A DNA stretch of 64,000 nt from an uncultured Verrucomicrobiota bacterium (GTDB lineage Bacteria; Verrucomicrobiota; Verrucomicrobiia; Limisphaerales; J093), in contig CAYPNF010000016.1 of assembly GCA_964411985.1 (NCBI GenBank), positions 26,725 through 90,724 on the forward strand. Direction: 5' to 3'. Of the stretch, positions 63,148 through 64,000 are shown piece by piece (positions within the stretch are counted from its first letter, which is position 1; each line of letters starts with the position of its first letter). The notes below the pieces were generated by a model. That model worked only from the letters and a program-made list of their open reading frames with translations, was not told the DNA's origin and did not search any database. Both the position numbers and the translations under genes were made by a program.

Positions 63148-64000
63148 TCACGGATTGTTCAGGCCCGATTCACCACGGATCCGCTCCACAATTTCGGGGA
63201 GAACCGCTTCCAACACCTCCACTTCTTCCATGGTGGACTCCCGGCCAAGGGAGAACCGAACCAGGCCCGAGGCTTGGGAGACAGAAAAACCCATCGCTTG
63301 GACTACGTGCGAGGGTTCCAAGGCTCCGGATGAACAAGCCGATCCCCCGGAGGCGCACACGCCTTCTAAGTCCAGATTGGCGAGGAGTGACAGGGTGTCG
63401 CAGCCTTCAAACACCGCTGCCAAGGTGTTTCCTAATCGATGCGAAGGGTCTCCTAAGGATAAACAACCCGGGATCCGGTGGAGGAGACTCGAAATGCGGT
63501 GCATGAGGGGTGCAAGCGCAGGGCGGGCGAACACCGGTGGCTGAACAAAACGCTCCAAGGCCGCCGCCATGCCGAGGATTGCCGGAAGATTCTCCGTACC
63601 CCCTCGACGGTCGTTCTCTTGGCTACCCCCCATCAGGAGAGGAAATGGCTGGAGTGGAGACCGAATGTAGATGGCCCCTGCCCCCGTTGGGCCGTGCAGT
63701 TTGTGGGCACAAACAGTGACCAGATCGGCCTGGAAACAATCAATGGAAGGAACCGGCTCTTTCCCAAACCATTGGGCAGCATCCGTATGGAATAGGACAC
63801 CTCGCTCGCGACAAAGGGTGCCGATTTCACCAACCGGCTGGATCGTGCCCACCTCGTTGTTGGCGGCCATGACCGAAACCAGGATGGTGTCGGCCTGGAG
63901 CGCTTCCTCAATCTTCTCCGGGTCCATTCGGCCCGATGCGTCAGGGTTCACCAAACTCAGCGCAAAGCCCTCATGTTTTGCCAGGTAGCGAAGGGGTTGG
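63148..64000 (-). CDS. Cysteine desulfurase (NifS/IscS-type class V aminotransferase), C-terminal ~284 codons; the 5' end lies beyond the window
   Basis: PLP-lysine block VCAHKLHGPTGAGAIYIR and catalytic Cys loop SGGSACSSGALEPSHV. The frame stays open to the window end (...PLRYLAKHEGFALSLVNPD). Confidence 0.9.
   Translation of the reverse strand, partial: QPLRYLAKHEGFALSLVNPDASGRMDPEKIEEALQADTILVSVMAANNEVGTIQPVGEIGTLCRERGVLFHTDAAQWFGKEPVPSIDCFQADLVTVCAHKLHGPTGAGAIYIRSPLQPFPLLMGGSQENDRRGGTENLPAILGMAAALERFVQPPVFARPALAPLMHRISSLLHRIPGCLSLGDPSHRLGNTLAAVFEGCDTLSLLANLDLEGVCASGGSACSSGALEPSHVVQAMGFSVSQASGLVRFSLGRESTMEEVEVLEAVLPEIVERIRGESGLNNP

Noticed and set aside
1-64000. Search for tRNA, rRNA, tmRNA and known riboswitch signatures in intergenic gaps (1777-2105, 9085-9193, 26734-26828, 56632-56852, 59438-59489)
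   Set aside because: I could not recognise a cloverleaf-compatible sequence, an rRNA-like conserved block or a known riboswitch core by eye. A covariance-model scan (Infernal/Rfam, tRNAscan-SE) would be needed to exclude them.

Overview
High-GC (roughly 60%), densely coding chromosomal segment. The gene content (Rhodopirellula/Verrucomicrobium-style ECF sigma factor, CotH/lamin-tail giant protein, several >1200-aa secreted beta-propeller proteins, weak or absent Shine-Dalgarno sites) suggests a PVC-superphylum bacterium, Verrucomicrobia- or Planctomycetes-like; this is inference only. I support about 45 CDS. I saw no rRNA, tRNA, CRISPR array, transposase or integrase. Layout: (1) 0.2-9.7 kb: ion transporter, then a co-directional run of an orphan ABC-2 permease, three SPFH/band-7 paralogues, a His-rich P1B metal ATPase and ferritin. 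(2) 9.7-14.3 kb, minus strand: M28 peptidase, VapBC pair, rhamnose-mutarotase-like gene, NCS1-type permease and a small membrane protein. (3) 14.4-20.9 kb: GH30, a 1496-aa CotH/LTD protein and a NUDIX hydrolase. (4) 20.7-22.0 kb: a second VapBC cassette bracketed by a ~250-bp diverged duplication of the NUDIX 3' end. (5) 22.0-44.5 kb: an ECF sigma / FecR anti-sigma / heptahaem cytochrome c module leading a glycan-degradation-like locus (unknown secreted protein, GHL6/GH42M-like enzyme, esterase, GH28-like enzyme) and three paralogous giant secreted proteins plus a redoxin. The anti-sigma C-terminal domain is a paralogue of the N-terminal module of two of the giants. (6) 40.4-45.3 kb holds the most unusual non-coding structure: a ~130-bp element with terminal inverted repeats in two direct copies flanking one giant gene, and an ~0.6-kb cluster of nested inverted repeats including a perfect 35-bp pair. 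(7) 45.3-64 kb, housekeeping and signalling: cinA, a fused PyrD-PyrK dihydroorotate dehydrogenase, a long U32 peptidase-family protein, a ModF-like tandem ABC ATPase, a propeller-type HK with NarL RR, an outer-membrane barrel, an MCP, LytS/LytTR, DUF971, dnaN, and a partial cysteine desulfurase. Many long ORFs antisense to real genes are high-GC artefacts and are rejected. All family calls come from motif recognition by eye, not database searches.
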